64,000 bases of DNA from Candidatus Hodarchaeota archaeon (GCA_016840035.1 JAEOTC010000038.1:32001-96000); one strand, 5' to 3'; shown: positions 1-11,031, counted from the first letter of the stretch. The notes: a model not told the origin generated them from the letters alone. Numbers and translations are program-made.

Positions 1-408
1 TTCTTTGAATCCTCGTTACACGGATATTTCTGACAATCAAGTGAATCATGTAATTATTTTTCGTTTATTTATATACTTCTTAGAAGATACCGTGGGGTGT
101 CCCCATGGGGGGGAATCTGGGCCCAAGATGCGCTTTGAATGGGAGAGGTTAGTGAAAATGACAAACTTGTTCAAGAAAAAGAAAAAAATCATCTTAACAT
201 TTTATTTTTCCGTGTTACACGGAGTAATAATCATCAGAAAATTTACTATCAGGTATCATATCAGATTTATGTTCTGAGTGCTCAATCAGTTCATTTGAAA
301 CATATACTTTGCTTGAAAAATTGTTCATACTACTAACTTGGGGGGTCTGTGGACTTATCAACACTTTCTCACTTCTTTTTGAGTGTAACAATTTGAGGAG
401 AAATAAAT

Positions 409-810
409 ATGTCTCATTTTACAAGAATAAAAACGAAAATCACAGATCGAAGTTGTTTATTGAAGACTCTAAAAAATCTACAATATACCGTAGAAGAAGA
501 TTCTACAATACGAGGATATAATCGAAGAACCCGAAAGGGGGATATTGTTATTAAAACGAATGGAGAATTCGATGTAGGATTTATTAAAGGTAAAGACTCG
601 TCCTACCAAATTCTCGCTGATTGGTATGGAGCTACCGCCGCAATAGGGAAAAATCGAAGAGAATTTGCGAACGAAGTTCAGAAGGAGTATGCAGTTACTA
701 AAGTATTAAGTGAGCTTCGCAAAAAGGGTTATCGAATCAGATCCCGATATATTAATGAGATTGGTGAAATAAAACTTCTAGTTGTCAAACGAGGGTGGGT
801 AGGCCGATGA
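409..810 (+). CDS. DUF1257 / Ycf35-like protein
   Basis: N-terminus MSHFTRIKTKI, DVGF...YQILADW motif; first gene of the typical DUF1257-DUF2997-AAA trio. Confidence 0.85.
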   Translation: MSHFTRIKTKITDRSCLLKTLKNLQYTVEEDSTIRGYNRRTRKGDIVIKTNGEFDVGFIKGKDSSYQILADWYGATAAIGKNRREFANEVQKEYAVTKVLSELRKKGYRIRSRYINEIGEIKLLVVKRGWVGR

Positions 811-1013
811 GTGCAGAAAACATTGAACTAGAAATCACTATTGATGAGAAGGGTAATATCAGTTATACTGTGAATGGAGTAAAGGGTAATTCTTGCACTG
901 AAACTACAAAATTTCTTGATGAAGCTCTTGGGGAAGTAGCAAAAAGAGACTTCAAACGAGAATACTACGAACATCCTGTCGACGTCACTAATCGAGTTAC
1001 AACAAGAAAGTAA
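807..1013 (+). CDS. DUF2997 family small protein
   Basis: IEITIDEKGNISYTVNGVKGNSC...LDEALG pattern; ATG at 807 overlaps upstream TGA (ATGA). Confidence 0.8.
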   Translation: MSAENIELEITIDEKGNISYTVNGVKGNSCTETTKFLDEALGEVAKRDFKREYYEHPVDVTNRVTTRK

Positions 1014-1032
1014 CCTCCTCACGACACAGGCG

Positions 1033-2571
1033 ATGATTATGACTGACTTAAGTGAGGATCAACAGAAGAAAGTTGATATTCTAATTCGAGCACGTTATCC
1101 TCTCATCTATATTACCTCTTGGGAAGAAGAAAGGGTAGCTGTTATGTTAAACACACTTGCCATGAAAGCTGAAAAGCAATTAATTATTTGGAGTACGACG
1201 GAGGGATTTTCTGACTTCTCTGGTAGAAAAATGGATGGTGAATCAGTCGATCCCTTTGCAGCACTAACTTACATTACTGATTATCAAAGGCCAGCAATAT
1301 TTATGTTGAAAGACTTTCATCCGTTTATGAAAGATCCAGTAGTTATTCGGAAACTCCGGGATCTAAAAGTTCATCTTAATGCTTTGAAAAAAACGTGTGT
1401 ACTTGTATCTCCAGTTTTAGAAGTGCCTATTGAACTAGAAAAATTAATAAATGTCGTAGATTTTGATTTTCCATCCTTAGAATTGCTTGATACCGTTTTA
1501 GAAGGAATAATTGAACCATTAAGAACGAATTTCCTAGTGGATGTAAGTTTGACCGAGGAAGAGAGGGAAACTGTTTTAAAATCTGCCCTAGGACTCACCG
1601 TTGATGAAGCAGAAAATGTATTTGCTAAATCACTTGTTGAAGTAAAACGATTTGATCCAGCAATAATTATTCAAGAAAAGGAGCAAATAATCCGTAAATC
1701 GGGAATATTAGAATATTATCACTCAAATGAACACTTTGATAATATTGGAGGATTAGAATACTTAAAAGAGTGGTTAACCATTCGTAATCGGGGGTTTACT
1801 GAAAAGGCAAGAGAATATGGTCTTCCCTTTCCCTCTGGTTTGATGTTGATAGGTATTCCTGGGACAGGAAAATCGCTTACTGCACAGGCGGTTGCTTCCT
1901 TATGGAAGTTACCCCTATTAAGATTTGATGTCGGAAAGGTTTTTGGTGGTATTGTAGGTGAGAGTGAGCGAAACGTTCGCAATGCAATTAAGACAGCTGA
2001 GTCTGTATCTCCTTCAATACTCTGGATTGATGAAATTGAGAAGGGGTTTGCTGGGGTACAATCAAGTAACCAAACAGATGCCGGAACAACGAGTCGAGTC
2101 TTTGGTACGTTTATTACCTGGTTACAGGAAAAGAAGAAACCAGTTTTTGTTATAGCTACAGCCAATAATGTCAGTCAACTACCACCAGAACTTATGAGAA
2201 AAGGACGTTTTGATGAAATCTTCTTTCTAGATCTTCCCTCTCCAAAAGAACGTGAGGATATATTTTCTATTCACATCAGAAAAAGAAATCGTCAAATTGA
2301 GAATTTTGATATGAAAACACTTGTTGGCTTGAGCAAAGGGTACTCTGGAGCAGAGATCGAACAGACAATCGTTACTGCAATGTTTGAGGCTTTTTCTGAA
2401 GATCGGGAGGTCGAAACAACGGACATGATGAATGCGTTAGAAGATATGGTACCTTTATCACGTTTTATGAAGGAAGAAATTACTTCCTTACGTACTTGGG
2501 CTCAAGCACGCGCACGATTGGCTTCAAAAGCGGAACAACAGAAAAAATCCACCATAAAAATCGAGATTTGA
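1033..2571 (+). CDS. Ycf46-like AAA+ ATPase
   Basis: [18 protein letters not shown]-domain, Walker A GIPGTGKS, Walker [27 protein letters not shown]. Confidence 0.9.
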   Translation: MIMTDLSEDQQKKVDILIRARYPLIYITSWEEERVAVMLNTLAMKAEKQLIIWSTTEGFSDFSGRKMDGESVDPFAALTYITDYQRPAIFMLKDFHPFMKDPVVIRKLRDLKVHLNALKKTCVLVSPVLEVPIELEKLINVVDFDFPSLELLDTVLEGIIEPLRTNFLVDVSLTEEERETVLKSALGLTVDEAENVFAKSLVEVKRFDPAIIIQEKEQIIRKSGILEYYHSNEHFDNIGGLEYLKEWLTIRNRGFTEKAREYGLPFPSGLMLIGIPGTGKSLTAQAVASLWKLPLLRFDVGKVFGGIVGESERNVRNAIKTAESVSPSILWIDEIEKGFAGVQSSNQTDAGTTSRVFGTFITWLQEKKKPVFVIATANNVSQLPPELMRKGRFDEIFFLDLPSPKEREDIFSIHIRKRNRQIENFDMKTLVGLSKGYSGAEIEQTIVTAMFEAFSEDREVETTDMMNALEDMVPLSRFMKEEITSLRTWAQARARLASKAEQQKKSTIKIEI

Positions 2572-2799
2572 GATTAATGTTATATGATTGATTTATCAAA
2601 TCAACCAGGTAGAAAATTCTCAGATTGGTAAGGTTTTTTCTGCAGAATAGTCCTTCGACTTAAGGATTGATGGATTAATTATTCGAACTGGCTTTTAAAT
2701 GGAGGAATTTCGCCACATTCTCAATTTTTAAATAAGTCTAAAAAATTAGTATTCATTGAAGCAACCTGAGTCAAAGATCCTTGAAGGTTGGAATGAACT

Positions 2800-3363
2800 A
2801 TGTCTAAAAATATTTGTCAAAATTGTGGAGCAATAGGAGCAATAGATGATTTATTTTGCCAAGAATGTGGATCAAAATTTGTAATTCAAGATAAATCAGT
2901 CTATTATGATTCTAATTCTCGTGTTAGGGAGTATAAAGGTTACATTCAAATTATTGGAATTATAGAAGCAATATTCGGAGTATTCGCAATGTTTATTGCA
3001 GGTCTTCTCATATTAGTTGCAGCATTACTACCTGTTATTGCCACCTCAGAGACCTTTATGTCAGAAAATGAAGCGATGACATGGCATCCGATATTACCTG
3101 GTTCAGAAGGGCAAATCGGAAACTCATCTGGGATTTTTCTGTTTGTGTTACTTGTTCTAGGTTTTGTAGCCCTATTTATACTAGCATATGGTATTCTCGC
3201 TATTATTAACGGTCGTAGATTAATGAGTTATCGAAGAAGTGGACATTCAGGTTCAATGGTGATCAGCGTACTAAGTTTGCTGGCCATGCCCATGGGAACC
3301 ATTTTCGGAATTTTTAGTCTGTATATCCTAACCCGTCCAGAAGTTGATCAGATTCTCTCTTGA
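2800..3363 (+). CDS. Zinc-ribbon membrane protein
   Basis: N-terminal CQNCG...FCQECG followed by 3-4 hydrophobic helices. Confidence 0.75.
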   Translation: MSKNICQNCGAIGAIDDLFCQECGSKFVIQDKSVYYDSNSRVREYKGYIQIIGIIEAIFGVFAMFIAGLLILVAALLPVIATSETFMSENEAMTWHPILPGSEGQIGNSSGIFLFVLLVLGFVALFILAYGILAIINGRRLMSYRRSGHSGSMVISVLSLLAMPMGTIFGIFSLYILTRPEVDQILS

Positions 3364-3423
3364 ACAGTGAACAGAGATTCTTTCTCTTCACCATTTTCTT
3401 TATAATAAAAAATATACTCAGGT

Positions 3424-3615
3424 TTAGAGCTTGATCCTCATCCTTCTCATAAATTCCTTTCCTCCCATTTTATTCCAAAACCCTATTGATTGAGGATTAT
3501 TACTGGCTACTGTTAATTCGACATGATTCACTTGAAAGGTCTTAAACCAGGTGCAAATTGAGTCAAAAAGTTTTGTTCCGATTCCTTGTCTTTTATAACC
3601 CGAATCCACATTCTT
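3424..3615 (-). pseudogene. Truncated GNAT acetyltransferase (C-terminal half only)
   Basis: VDSGYKRQGIGTKL acetyl-CoA motif A and LTVASNNPQSIGFWNKMG motif B; upstream part is unrelated GC-richer sequence. Confidence 0.6.
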
Positions 3616-3779
3616 CTTCATTGGGGTACCCCTCGGAGTATACTTAATCCTTCGAAGGTCCCCCTGGAAGGGAACACAGGTAGTCATTAATGATTCGGAT
3701 AATGTTGAATAATCACTTATGAGAAAAAAAGAAAAGAGTGAAAGAGTAGGCCTTGATGATGCTAACGGAGCTGAATAGG

Positions 3780-4748
3780 CTAGCTAATATTATTAGCAAG
3801 TTTAAAGCCAAGTACTTGCCAAGCAAGGACATCTTTAATCATGATATTCGCCGTTGATATAGGATCTTTCCTGATAAGACGTCTAAGACCATTCATGACT
3901 CCTAGCATTATACGTATCTCAGGTTTGAGTAATTTAAATTCAGGAATAATCGGATTAATTTCTCGCATTGCTGTAGTATAGATGAAATCTTGATCATCGA
4001 GTTTCCCTTCCGAGTGTGCTTTACTAAATATCTCCCACATCTGGTTAAAAACATGTTCAGCCTCATCTAAAACAGTTTTTGCTTCATTGTCTATGATACA
4101 ACCAAAATGACATAAACTAATGGTATTATAATCAATATTTTTAAGTTTTTGAATTGTAGAATGGAAATCTTTCTTATTACAAAACGGAGGTAAAATCGGA
4201 GGTAAATATGCGTTATCGCCAGCTTTCATACCGATTGCATCCCCGACAAAGATGTTTTTATTCCTTTCATCGAGGATGGAGATGTGATCGGAAATATGTC
4301 CAGGTGTGTGATAAATCTTTAGAGAGATCCCACCAAGATCAACAGTGTTTCCCTCACTCAAGGGGGTTACATCCTTGATATTCTGAAAACTCCCCTTTTG
4401 ATCAAAAACGTTGTTAAATGACTGATCTTCAAGCAAAGGAATAGCCTCAGTATGGGCAAAAACCTCAATTGCTTTCTGTTCTTTTAACGCTCTTTGTCTT
4501 AATATGGGAACTCCCTGACAATGGTCCCAATGAGAGTGTGTCAGGATAATATAATCTGGGGGAAAGGCGTCTAGCTGCTTTAATGCTTTAATAATCCGTG
4601 GTGCGCCTGATCGTGTCCCACTATCAATTAAACAAGACTTCTCTGCTTGAACTAAATATACTCCTCCCGCGCCTGCAACATCAACATAGCCAAAATCAAT
4701 TAGAGTGGTATTGGAATTTATAGGTCCTGGTATCCTCATTCCAGTCAA
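3780..4748 (-). CDS. MBL-fold metallo-hydrolase
   Basis: THSHWDH, TPGH, GDA and CHFG motifs. Confidence 0.88.
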   Translation of the reverse strand: MTGMRIPGPINSNTTLIDFGYVDVAGAGGVYLVQAEKSCLIDSGTRSGAPRIIKALKQLDAFPPDYIILTHSHWDHCQGVPILRQRALKEQKAIEVFAHTEAIPLLEDQSFNNVFDQKGSFQNIKDVTPLSEGNTVDLGGISLKIYHTPGHISDHISILDERNKNIFVGDAIGMKAGDNAYLPPILPPFCNKKDFHSTIQKLKNIDYNTISLCHFGCIIDNEAKTVLDEAEHVFNQMWEIFSKAHSEGKLDDQDFIYTTAMREINPIIPEFKLLKPEIRIMLGVMNGLRRLIRKDPISTANIMIKDVLAWQVLGFKLANNIS

Positions 4749-5015
4749 AATTTCTCCTCCTTAAACATAAAACATTAGAAATTTGGTTATCAAAATCCAC
4801 TCATGGAATTTAACCTATATAAAACTTGGGAACAAATTGCTTTTCATGGGATCAGAGATAATCTTGACACATTTTCTTACCCAAAAAGCTATACTCATGG
4901 GTGGGGTAATTCTTGACCAGAGACTCCCCAAATGATTGTAACGGAACAAAAAAGAGAATAAAAGCAGCTGCACCTGCTACTAGCCCACGAAGAAAATCCA
5001 TCTTAACCAAAGCAT

Positions 5016-6479
5016 CTATTTCCTGTGATCTGAATAGAGAGATTTAATATACTCAATAGGGGGTTTCCAATCATCAGGAAGAGGACTTTTATAGGGGGTC
5101 CGAGTGATCTTTTTGTTAAATTCGCTTTTTGCTTGTAATACTAGCTCAGGATTGGTAAATAATTCAAAACTAGCTAGAGCTAATACTTTTGCTGCATATA
5201 ACATCCCTTTATGTCCAATACTCATTCCTGCTTGGGCAACAAGTTGCCAAGAATGGCCAGGTGTCCCTAATATCGTACAAGTGGTTGCAAATTGGGCTAA
5301 AGGTGTAACCCAGCTTACATCCCCTACATCTGTAGAACCAGGTAGCGTTACACCCCTACTTACAAGAGGTATAACTGTCTTATGTAATTTAACTCCTCTT
5401 AATTTCTCTAACTCTTTCTGCATATCGATAGGGTAAGTTGCAAGAATTCTGTCGAAATAACCTTTCTCAAAAGTTTTGATAATACTATCAGCATAATCCT
5501 GATCACTTTGATCGTACGTTGGTGATCCGATCTGGTTCATCTTTTCATAAAGCAAGTCTTCTAGCGTAAGATTTGGGAGAAGGTTCGCTGATCCTCCCTG
5601 AAAGTCAATTTCAACTTCTGTTTCTGTCATAAGAGCGGCTCCCTTTGCTACTTTGACAACACGAGGATAGATCTCTGCCAATTGGTCAAGCTTAGCAGCT
5701 CTTACGAAATACCATACTGCAGCTTCATCTGGTACAATATTGGGAGCTTGTCCACCTTTTGTGATGATATAGTGTAGTCTTGCATCTGGTATAAGATGTT
5801 CCCTTAAATAATTACACCCCACATTCATTAATTCTACTGCATCAAGAGCTGATCTTCCATGATATGGATCAGCAGCTGCATGAGCAGTTTTTCCTTTGAA
5901 ATTAAAGACGACAGAGTAAATTGCCTGAAAATTGGTTGTTACTACCATGTTAAAATCCCATGGATGCCAAGTCAAAGATATATCAACATCAGAAAACGCT
6001 CCAGCTTTCACCATCCCCCCTTTTGCATCCACATTCTCTTCTGCCGGACAGCCATAATATCGAATAGTTCCTTGAAAATCACCATTATCAAATGACTCTT
6101 TCAATGCTAAACACGCTGTAAGTCCTGCAACTCCTAATAAATTATGACCACAACCATGTCCAGGTGCACCTTCTTCAAAGGGCTTTTTTATTGGATCAGA
6201 CGTTTGACTAAGCCCAGGCAGTGCATCAAATTCTCCTAATATTGCTACAACAGGTTTACTTGTTCCATGACTTGCTATAAAAGCAGTAGGCATACCTGCT
6301 ATGCCTTGTTCAATCGTAAAGCCAGCTTCTTTTAATGTCTCTATTAAGAGATGGGAGGATTTTTCTTCTAATAATCCAATCTCTGCAAATCTCCATATAC
6401 TATCACTAATTTCAATGAATTTCTCTTTATTCTTTTCAATCCAATCTAGAAAATCCAAAGGCAAACCAATGACCTCCAA
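5016..6479 (-). CDS. M20 amidohydrolase, AbgB-like (p-aminobenzoyl-glutamate hydrolase subunit B family)
   Basis: GEFDALPGL, GHGCGHNLLG, CPAEE, GRSALDAVELMNVG, GSTDVGDVSW motifs. Confidence 0.88.
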   Translation of the reverse strand: MEVIGLPLDFLDWIEKNKEKFIEISDSIWRFAEIGLLEEKSSHLLIETLKEAGFTIEQGIAGMPTAFIASHGTSKPVVAILGEFDALPGLSQTSDPIKKPFEEGAPGHGCGHNLLGVAGLTACLALKESFDNGDFQGTIRYYGCPAEENVDAKGGMVKAGAFSDVDISLTWHPWDFNMVVTTNFQAIYSVVFNFKGKTAHAAADPYHGRSALDAVELMNVGCNYLREHLIPDARLHYIITKGGQAPNIVPDEAAVWYFVRAAKLDQLAEIYPRVVKVAKGAALMTETEVEIDFQGGSANLLPNLTLEDLLYEKMNQIGSPTYDQSDQDYADSIIKTFEKGYFDRILATYPIDMQKELEKLRGVKLHKTVIPLVSRGVTLPGSTDVGDVSWVTPLAQFATTCTILGTPGHSWQLVAQAGMSIGHKGMLYAAKVLALASFELFTNPELVLQAKSEFNKKITRTPYKSPLPDDWKPPIEYIKSLYSDHRK

Positions 6480-6653
6480 TTATGCTAATACAACAATTCA
6501 ATTGCAACGATATCACAATTTATCTTTGTTATTATATTCGAAATTGAAAGTACAGGTTTAAGATGAGAGAATATAGAAAAAAAGGAAAAGATGGTTGCTA
6601 GCTCTAAATACGAAAGTAGAATCCAGATCAAACCAAGAATGTATAAAGAAAAT

Positions 6654-7028
6654 TTAGTGGACGACTAAACTAGTTCCACAATTAGGACAAAATTTGGCTT
6701 GGGCAGTATTTTGGGTACCACATTTGATACAAAAGTTAGCGATTTGTCCAACTGGAGCTTGAGGAACGGGTTGAGCACCTGCGTAATATTGTTGACGAGG
6801 TTTGTTCTGGTAACGGATCGGTTCAATAATCCAATAGTATAAAGGACCACCAACCATAATGATAAAACCTACAAAGACCATCAACATCCAGATAGGATTA
6901 AGTAACGAGGAATCATAGCTTTGACCATATTCTTGTTTTCCAATAAAACTTAAAGCAGCAAAAATCGAAGCAACTAACCAAAAACCAAAACCAAAAATCC
7001 CAACACCAAATCCGCGTAAAAAACGCAT
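6654..7028 (-). CDS. Small membrane protein with C-terminal double zinc ribbon
   Basis: Two TM helices then FCIKCG...FCPNCG; ATG at 7028 follows GAGG, preferred to the TTG at 7106. Confidence 0.75.
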   Translation of the reverse strand: MRFLRGFGVGIFGFGFWLVASIFAALSFIGKQEYGQSYDSSLLNPIWMLMVFVGFIIMVGGPLYYWIIEPIRYQNKPRQQYYAGAQPVPQAPVGQIANFCIKCGTQNTAQAKFCPNCGTSLVVH

Positions 7029-7210
7029 TTCCTCATCATCCTCAAGTTTAGGTTTGTAACAAGTGGGGCTTATAAAAAGGTTTGGAGGGAAGGGGAAAAA
7101 AACCAAAAAAATATGTTGACCTTCGACTTCAAATTGTGAGTATAAATGGTGAAAAAGGAATCCAATTTGGATAAAATCTGTAAAATACCAACCAAACTCC
7201 CCAAAACAGA

Positions 7211-7286
7211 AAAAATGAAAAGAGATGCCGTTTAAACGGTAATCTCAATGCTTAGCTCACGTACCAGCTCTTTGTAGTGATATCTC
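7211..7286 (-). repeat. tfb 3'-end copy 1 (YKELVRELSIEITV*, TAA) plus terminator-like tract
   Basis: Aligns with 21971-22045; last 14 codons show 6 synonymous and 1 non-synonymous change; stop TAG changed to TAA. Confidence 0.9.
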
Positions 7287-7392
7287 CCTAGTAGGGTGAG
7301 GAATACGAAAACAAGAAGGAATTGAAGACTTCGTTTCCTCCCAAAGTATTTTGAATGATTACATAACTGATTCCAGTATTATCCGCTGACTG

Positions 7393-8253
7393 GTGAATGA
7401 TATGTGTAAATACTGCTATCAACACACTCGGAAAATGTGGTATCTCGAAAAAGAATCCTTTGATATTAGATCAGGTAGATTCATGAAAATATTGCCAGGT
7501 AGATTCAGAGAACTGTGGTATAATTTTTACGCTCCTAAGTTACAATCGTTTGTTGATGGAACTACTGGTGACATTGGAGCGAATCCTGATCGTGAACCGT
7601 ACAAGGGTTTACAAAAGATGTTTTACAATTATTTCGCAAAGAACTTTTTAGGTGGTCAGGTCGTTAGCTCCCTCGATGAAATGATGCAAGTCCTTGATCA
7701 AGCAGAAGATATTTTTGTTTCATATTGTTCTTGTAAAAAAACCGCTGGCGGGGGAGAAGATTATCGATGCCTTTTTCTTAATCACAACGCCCGATTTACT
7801 AGAAAACGGCAACTCCAAGGGAAAACAAACAATGAAGGACGTTTCATCGACAAAGATGAAGCAAAAGAAGTAATTCAAGAAAAACGTCGTTTAGGTCATT
7901 ATGGCACAGTTCTGTGGGGATTACGACCGAAAGTAGATTGCATTTGTAATTGTGACCAATATTGTGCGGGTTTATACACTCCCGAAATACGATGGGGATT
8001 ACTACCCTCCTTCACTATTTCTGTAATCGTCGATTCTGATAAATGTGATTCTGATTGTACAGTATGCCTTGATCTTTGTTACCCAAAAGCCATTACAAAA
8101 AATGAGGACGGATTAGTGACTTCAATAGATAATTATCTATGTATAGGCTGTAATCTGTGTGTTGAGAATTGTCCAAATGGAGTTTATGATTCTCAACCAC
8201 GTAAGATATATTATGACGCTTCTATTGGTAAAAAACGCGTATTAGAATATTGA
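7393..8253 (+). CDS. 4Fe-4S dicluster (ferredoxin-domain) protein
   Basis: CSCKK and CICNC clusters; CDSDCTVCLDLC and CIGCNLCVENCP ferredoxin motifs. Confidence 0.8.
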   Translation: MNDMCKYCYQHTRKMWYLEKESFDIRSGRFMKILPGRFRELWYNFYAPKLQSFVDGTTGDIGANPDREPYKGLQKMFYNYFAKNFLGGQVVSSLDEMMQVLDQAEDIFVSYCSCKKTAGGGEDYRCLFLNHNARFTRKRQLQGKTNNEGRFIDKDEAKEVIQEKRRLGHYGTVLWGLRPKVDCICNCDQYCAGLYTPEIRWGLLPSFTISVIVDSDKCDSDCTVCLDLCYPKAITKNEDGLVTSIDNYLCIGCNLCVENCPNGVYDSQPRKIYYDASIGKKRVLEY

Positions 8254-8290
8254 TGAAACTATAACAGAATGAGATAAAAACAACAAGATG

Positions 8291-8378
8291 AAAAAGAAAG
8301 GAGATACCGCCTAGACGGTAATCTCAATGTTTAGCTTGCGTACGAGTTCTTTATAGCGATTTCTCACGGTTACTTCGG
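8291..8378 (-). repeat. tfb 3'-end copy 2 (EVTVRNRYKELVRKLNIEITV*) plus terminator-like tract
   Basis: 79/88 nt identical to 21971-22058; 5 synonymous codon changes and one S-to-N change. Confidence 0.95.
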
Positions 8379-8469
8379 AAAATCCGAACAGCTATGCAAG
8401 TATCTCAAGGGTAGAGAGATGAGAAGATAAAGTTTATAAGATCTGAAGACTCCTAGAAATAGGATAAGT

Positions 8470-9063
8470 ATGAAAAAAAATAACCGATGTCTTCTTCAGC
8501 TTGTCATTCTAATAGTACTTATCTTGAATCTAATGACAGGGTTAAAACTAATCCGAGGAGGAGAGATGAAAAGGGATCAACTCGTCCAAGTCGAATTATT
8601 ACTATTTCTAAAGGCTGTTCCCATGGAAGATTATCCTACAGCGGTTTTCAGTGGAATTGAAGACTATCAGGTTTGGACTGGAAATGTAACGGTCAATGGC
8701 TCAGTCGCTACAAATAATGACCTCAAAGAAGCAGTTGTGACCCTCAAAAATCGAACGTCAACATTTCTTCACACGAATTTAACGCTAACTAAAGATACGG
8801 ACTACTTAGGTCCGAAAAATCTAGCCTACTTATTCGAAGTAACACTTAATAGTAATGAATATCCAAATGGGTCGTATACATTGTTTTTTCATTTTCTAGA
8901 TACCAAAGGTGCCGGAATGATTTATCATTGGGACATCAGGATAGCTAATGCTTCAGATCATCTCTCTCCAGCAATAGGCCTCCCTCTGAGTTTCCTCACA
9001 CTGTTTTCTATTATTACCATTCGTCGAAAAGTTCCACGACTATTCAAGGAAGAGAAAAAATAA
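8470..9063 (+). CDS. Putative exported, C-terminally membrane-anchored protein
   Basis: Hydrophobic N-terminal segment, beta-rich middle with N-x-T/S sequons, C-terminal TM followed by RRK. Confidence 0.6.
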   Translation: MKKNNRCLLQLVILIVLILNLMTGLKLIRGGEMKRDQLVQVELLLFLKAVPMEDYPTAVFSGIEDYQVWTGNVTVNGSVATNNDLKEAVVTLKNRTSTFLHTNLTLTKDTDYLGPKNLAYLFEVTLNSNEYPNGSYTLFFHFLDTKGAGMIYHWDIRIANASDHLSPAIGLPLSFLTLFSIITIRRKVPRLFKEEKK

Positions 9064-9120
9064 AGGAGAGAATACCTAGACGGTTATCTCAATACTAAGC
9101 TTACGTACAAGCTCTTTATA
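9062..9120 (-). repeat. tfb 3'-end copy 3 (YKELVRKLSIEITV*)
   Basis: 9076-9120 encodes a peptide identical to the TFB C-terminus with 7 synonymous and 0 non-synonymous substitutions. Confidence 0.93.
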
Positions 9121-9244
9121 AATGGAGTTCTCAATCTTTTATTATGTACTTGCACTTCGGCATGATTTCAGTCAGTTTTGAATGAGAATCCTGAAAAGGA
9201 TATAGTGAGGAAATTTTTCAAATCACGAAATACTCCATTCTTAT

Positions 9245-9451
9245 ATGCGTGAAGGAGGGATAATTGAACATTTGTACTATTCTCCAATATATATAGGAAA
9301 TTATCCTGATGGGGACTGGAATGAATCATATGAGCTTCACGATTATATAGGGGGTTATATTATGGGTGGAATGAACCCCACATGGTATTTGCATCCTGAT
9401 ACAGAGAACAGAGTTTATAAAAATCTAGATCAATGGGATGGACCTATTTAA
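9245..9451 (+). CDS. Short hypothetical protein or gene fragment
   Basis: 68-aa ORF with protein-like composition inside a cassette; no recognised motif. Confidence 0.35.
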   Translation: MREGGIIEHLYYSPIYIGNYPDGDWNESYELHDYIGGYIMGGMNPTWYLHPDTENRVYKNLDQWDGPI

Positions 9452-9698
9452 TGATCTTTAAAAGAGAGCTCATTTAAATTTAAAAAAAGAGAATAATAAC
9501 TATAATTTGTAGGGTTAATTAACCATATGTTCACATTTCAAATACAAAATAGTTCTCGTGGAAATCGTAAAAATGTGTGATTAATGCATTATATGATAAG
9601 TATAAAAGCAAATAAAGGACTAGAAATTACTAGTTTTTTTCAGTTAACTGAAAAAAATAAGAATTCAGTAAAAAAGACTTGAATGAGCTGAAAACAAG

Positions 9699-10763
9699 AT
9701 GAAAAGGGGAAAAAGAGGATATTATCTATTATTAGTGAATCTGAGTCTGGGGTTATTACTATTACTAAGTGGATGCACGCTATTACCAACGAGTGAACCA
9801 GAGGAGATATTATCATTTGATCCAAATACTGCAACCATATATAATCCGAAAACAAACATTTCAGAGAGTTTTTATGTCAGGAACATGAACAGGAGTGGTA
9901 GTACTTTCTACCATGAAGATCAAATGAAAATTATAGTCGGAGTAAGAGATTCTAAAGGACTTCCAGGAGTAGCTGTGAATTTACATTTGAGAGTTATCTT
10001 TGACTGGTATGGAAATACAGATATTGTAAATTTAACAGAAGAATTCGGCCTCAAAATGACCACTAATCAATCAGGAGCGGTGTGTTTGATTTGTACATAT
10101 AATCAATATACATGGCCTCAAGGGTCTTATACCACTGAAGGAATACTTGAGATTTCTTCTTCTCAGCTAAATAATACAAGAGGATCCTCTGGAAAGCTAG
10201 ATTTTACCTATTATCATAAAGAAATCACACGAAATTCAACAGTAGAGGGGGGGATAGCAGTTATAAATGCTTTAGAAAAAATGAATCTGATAGAAGAAGC
10301 CAGTTTACTCGGTGGGGAAGACAACCTATACCCAAACTGGAATAGTCAATATTATGAATACTACGATATTAATCAAGTAATATTAAACCAATCTACCATT
10401 GAATTCTATACTAATTATCGCCAGCAACCAAGAGTTGAAGTCTACTATGTAGCATGGACAATCCTGTACGAAGAAACGAATTTAACATACAATATCATCA
10501 GAAATAACTGGAGTACATATATTGGGGAAGATTATGGATCTTTACTGATCAGTGATGAATATCTTGGAGAGAATTGGCTAATAACTGAACCAATCACAAA
10601 AGTAAATCTTACAACAGGTTGGTTAGTCATGCAAATTTTATATATTGATTCATTCCAAGAACCACTAAACGGTTGGACAAGAGTAGTTTATCAAGTTAGC
10701 CTTGTAACCATAGATATGCAACTTCGATGGTTATTATCTAGTTCCTTTACAGCAATAGCCTAA
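9699..10763 (+). CDS. Putative lipoprotein / exported protein
   Basis: Basic N-terminus, hydrophobic core and LLSGC lipobox; many N-glycosylation sequons. Confidence 0.7.
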   Translation: MKRGKRGYYLLLVNLSLGLLLLLSGCTLLPTSEPEEILSFDPNTATIYNPKTNISESFYVRNMNRSGSTFYHEDQMKIIVGVRDSKGLPGVAVNLHLRVIFDWYGNTDIVNLTEEFGLKMTTNQSGAVCLICTYNQYTWPQGSYTTEGILEISSSQLNNTRGSSGKLDFTYYHKEITRNSTVEGGIAVINALEKMNLIEEASLLGGEDNLYPNWNSQYYEYYDINQVILNQSTIEFYTNYRQQPRVEVYYVAWTILYEETNLTYNIIRNNWSTYIGEDYGSLLISDEYLGENWLITEPITKVNLTTGWLVMQILYIDSFQEPLNGWTRVVYQVSLVTIDMQLRWLLSSSFTAIA

Positions 10764-10945
10764 AAATTCGGAATTAACTGAAGATACTTGAACTAAACAT
10801 TAATATGCGTGTTAACCGAGAGGACTGAAAAATTCCACATTTCTAGTAAGAAATCTTTTTTTTCCTTTATAGACTCGGGAGAATTGTTGAAACTGAAGAA
10901 TGAAACCTTGGATATGTGATTTAATCCCTTCCACCCAAAACGAGA

Positions 10946-11031
10946 AAAAAGAAAGGAAATCCCGTCTAGGCGGTAATTTCGACACTAAGTTTGCGTACGA
11001 GCTCTTTGTAGCGATTTCACAAAGTAAGTTC
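10946..11031 (-). repeat. tfb 3'-end copy 4 (NRYKELVRKLSVEITA*) plus terminator-like tract
   Basis: Aligns with 21971-22056; 4 synonymous and 2 conservative changes in the last 16 codons; further upstream it is decayed (in-frame TGA). Confidence 0.92.

Noticed and set aside
5-336. Short ORFs at the window start
   Set aside because: Overlapping, atypical composition, no motifs; probably the promoter region of the DUF1257 operon.
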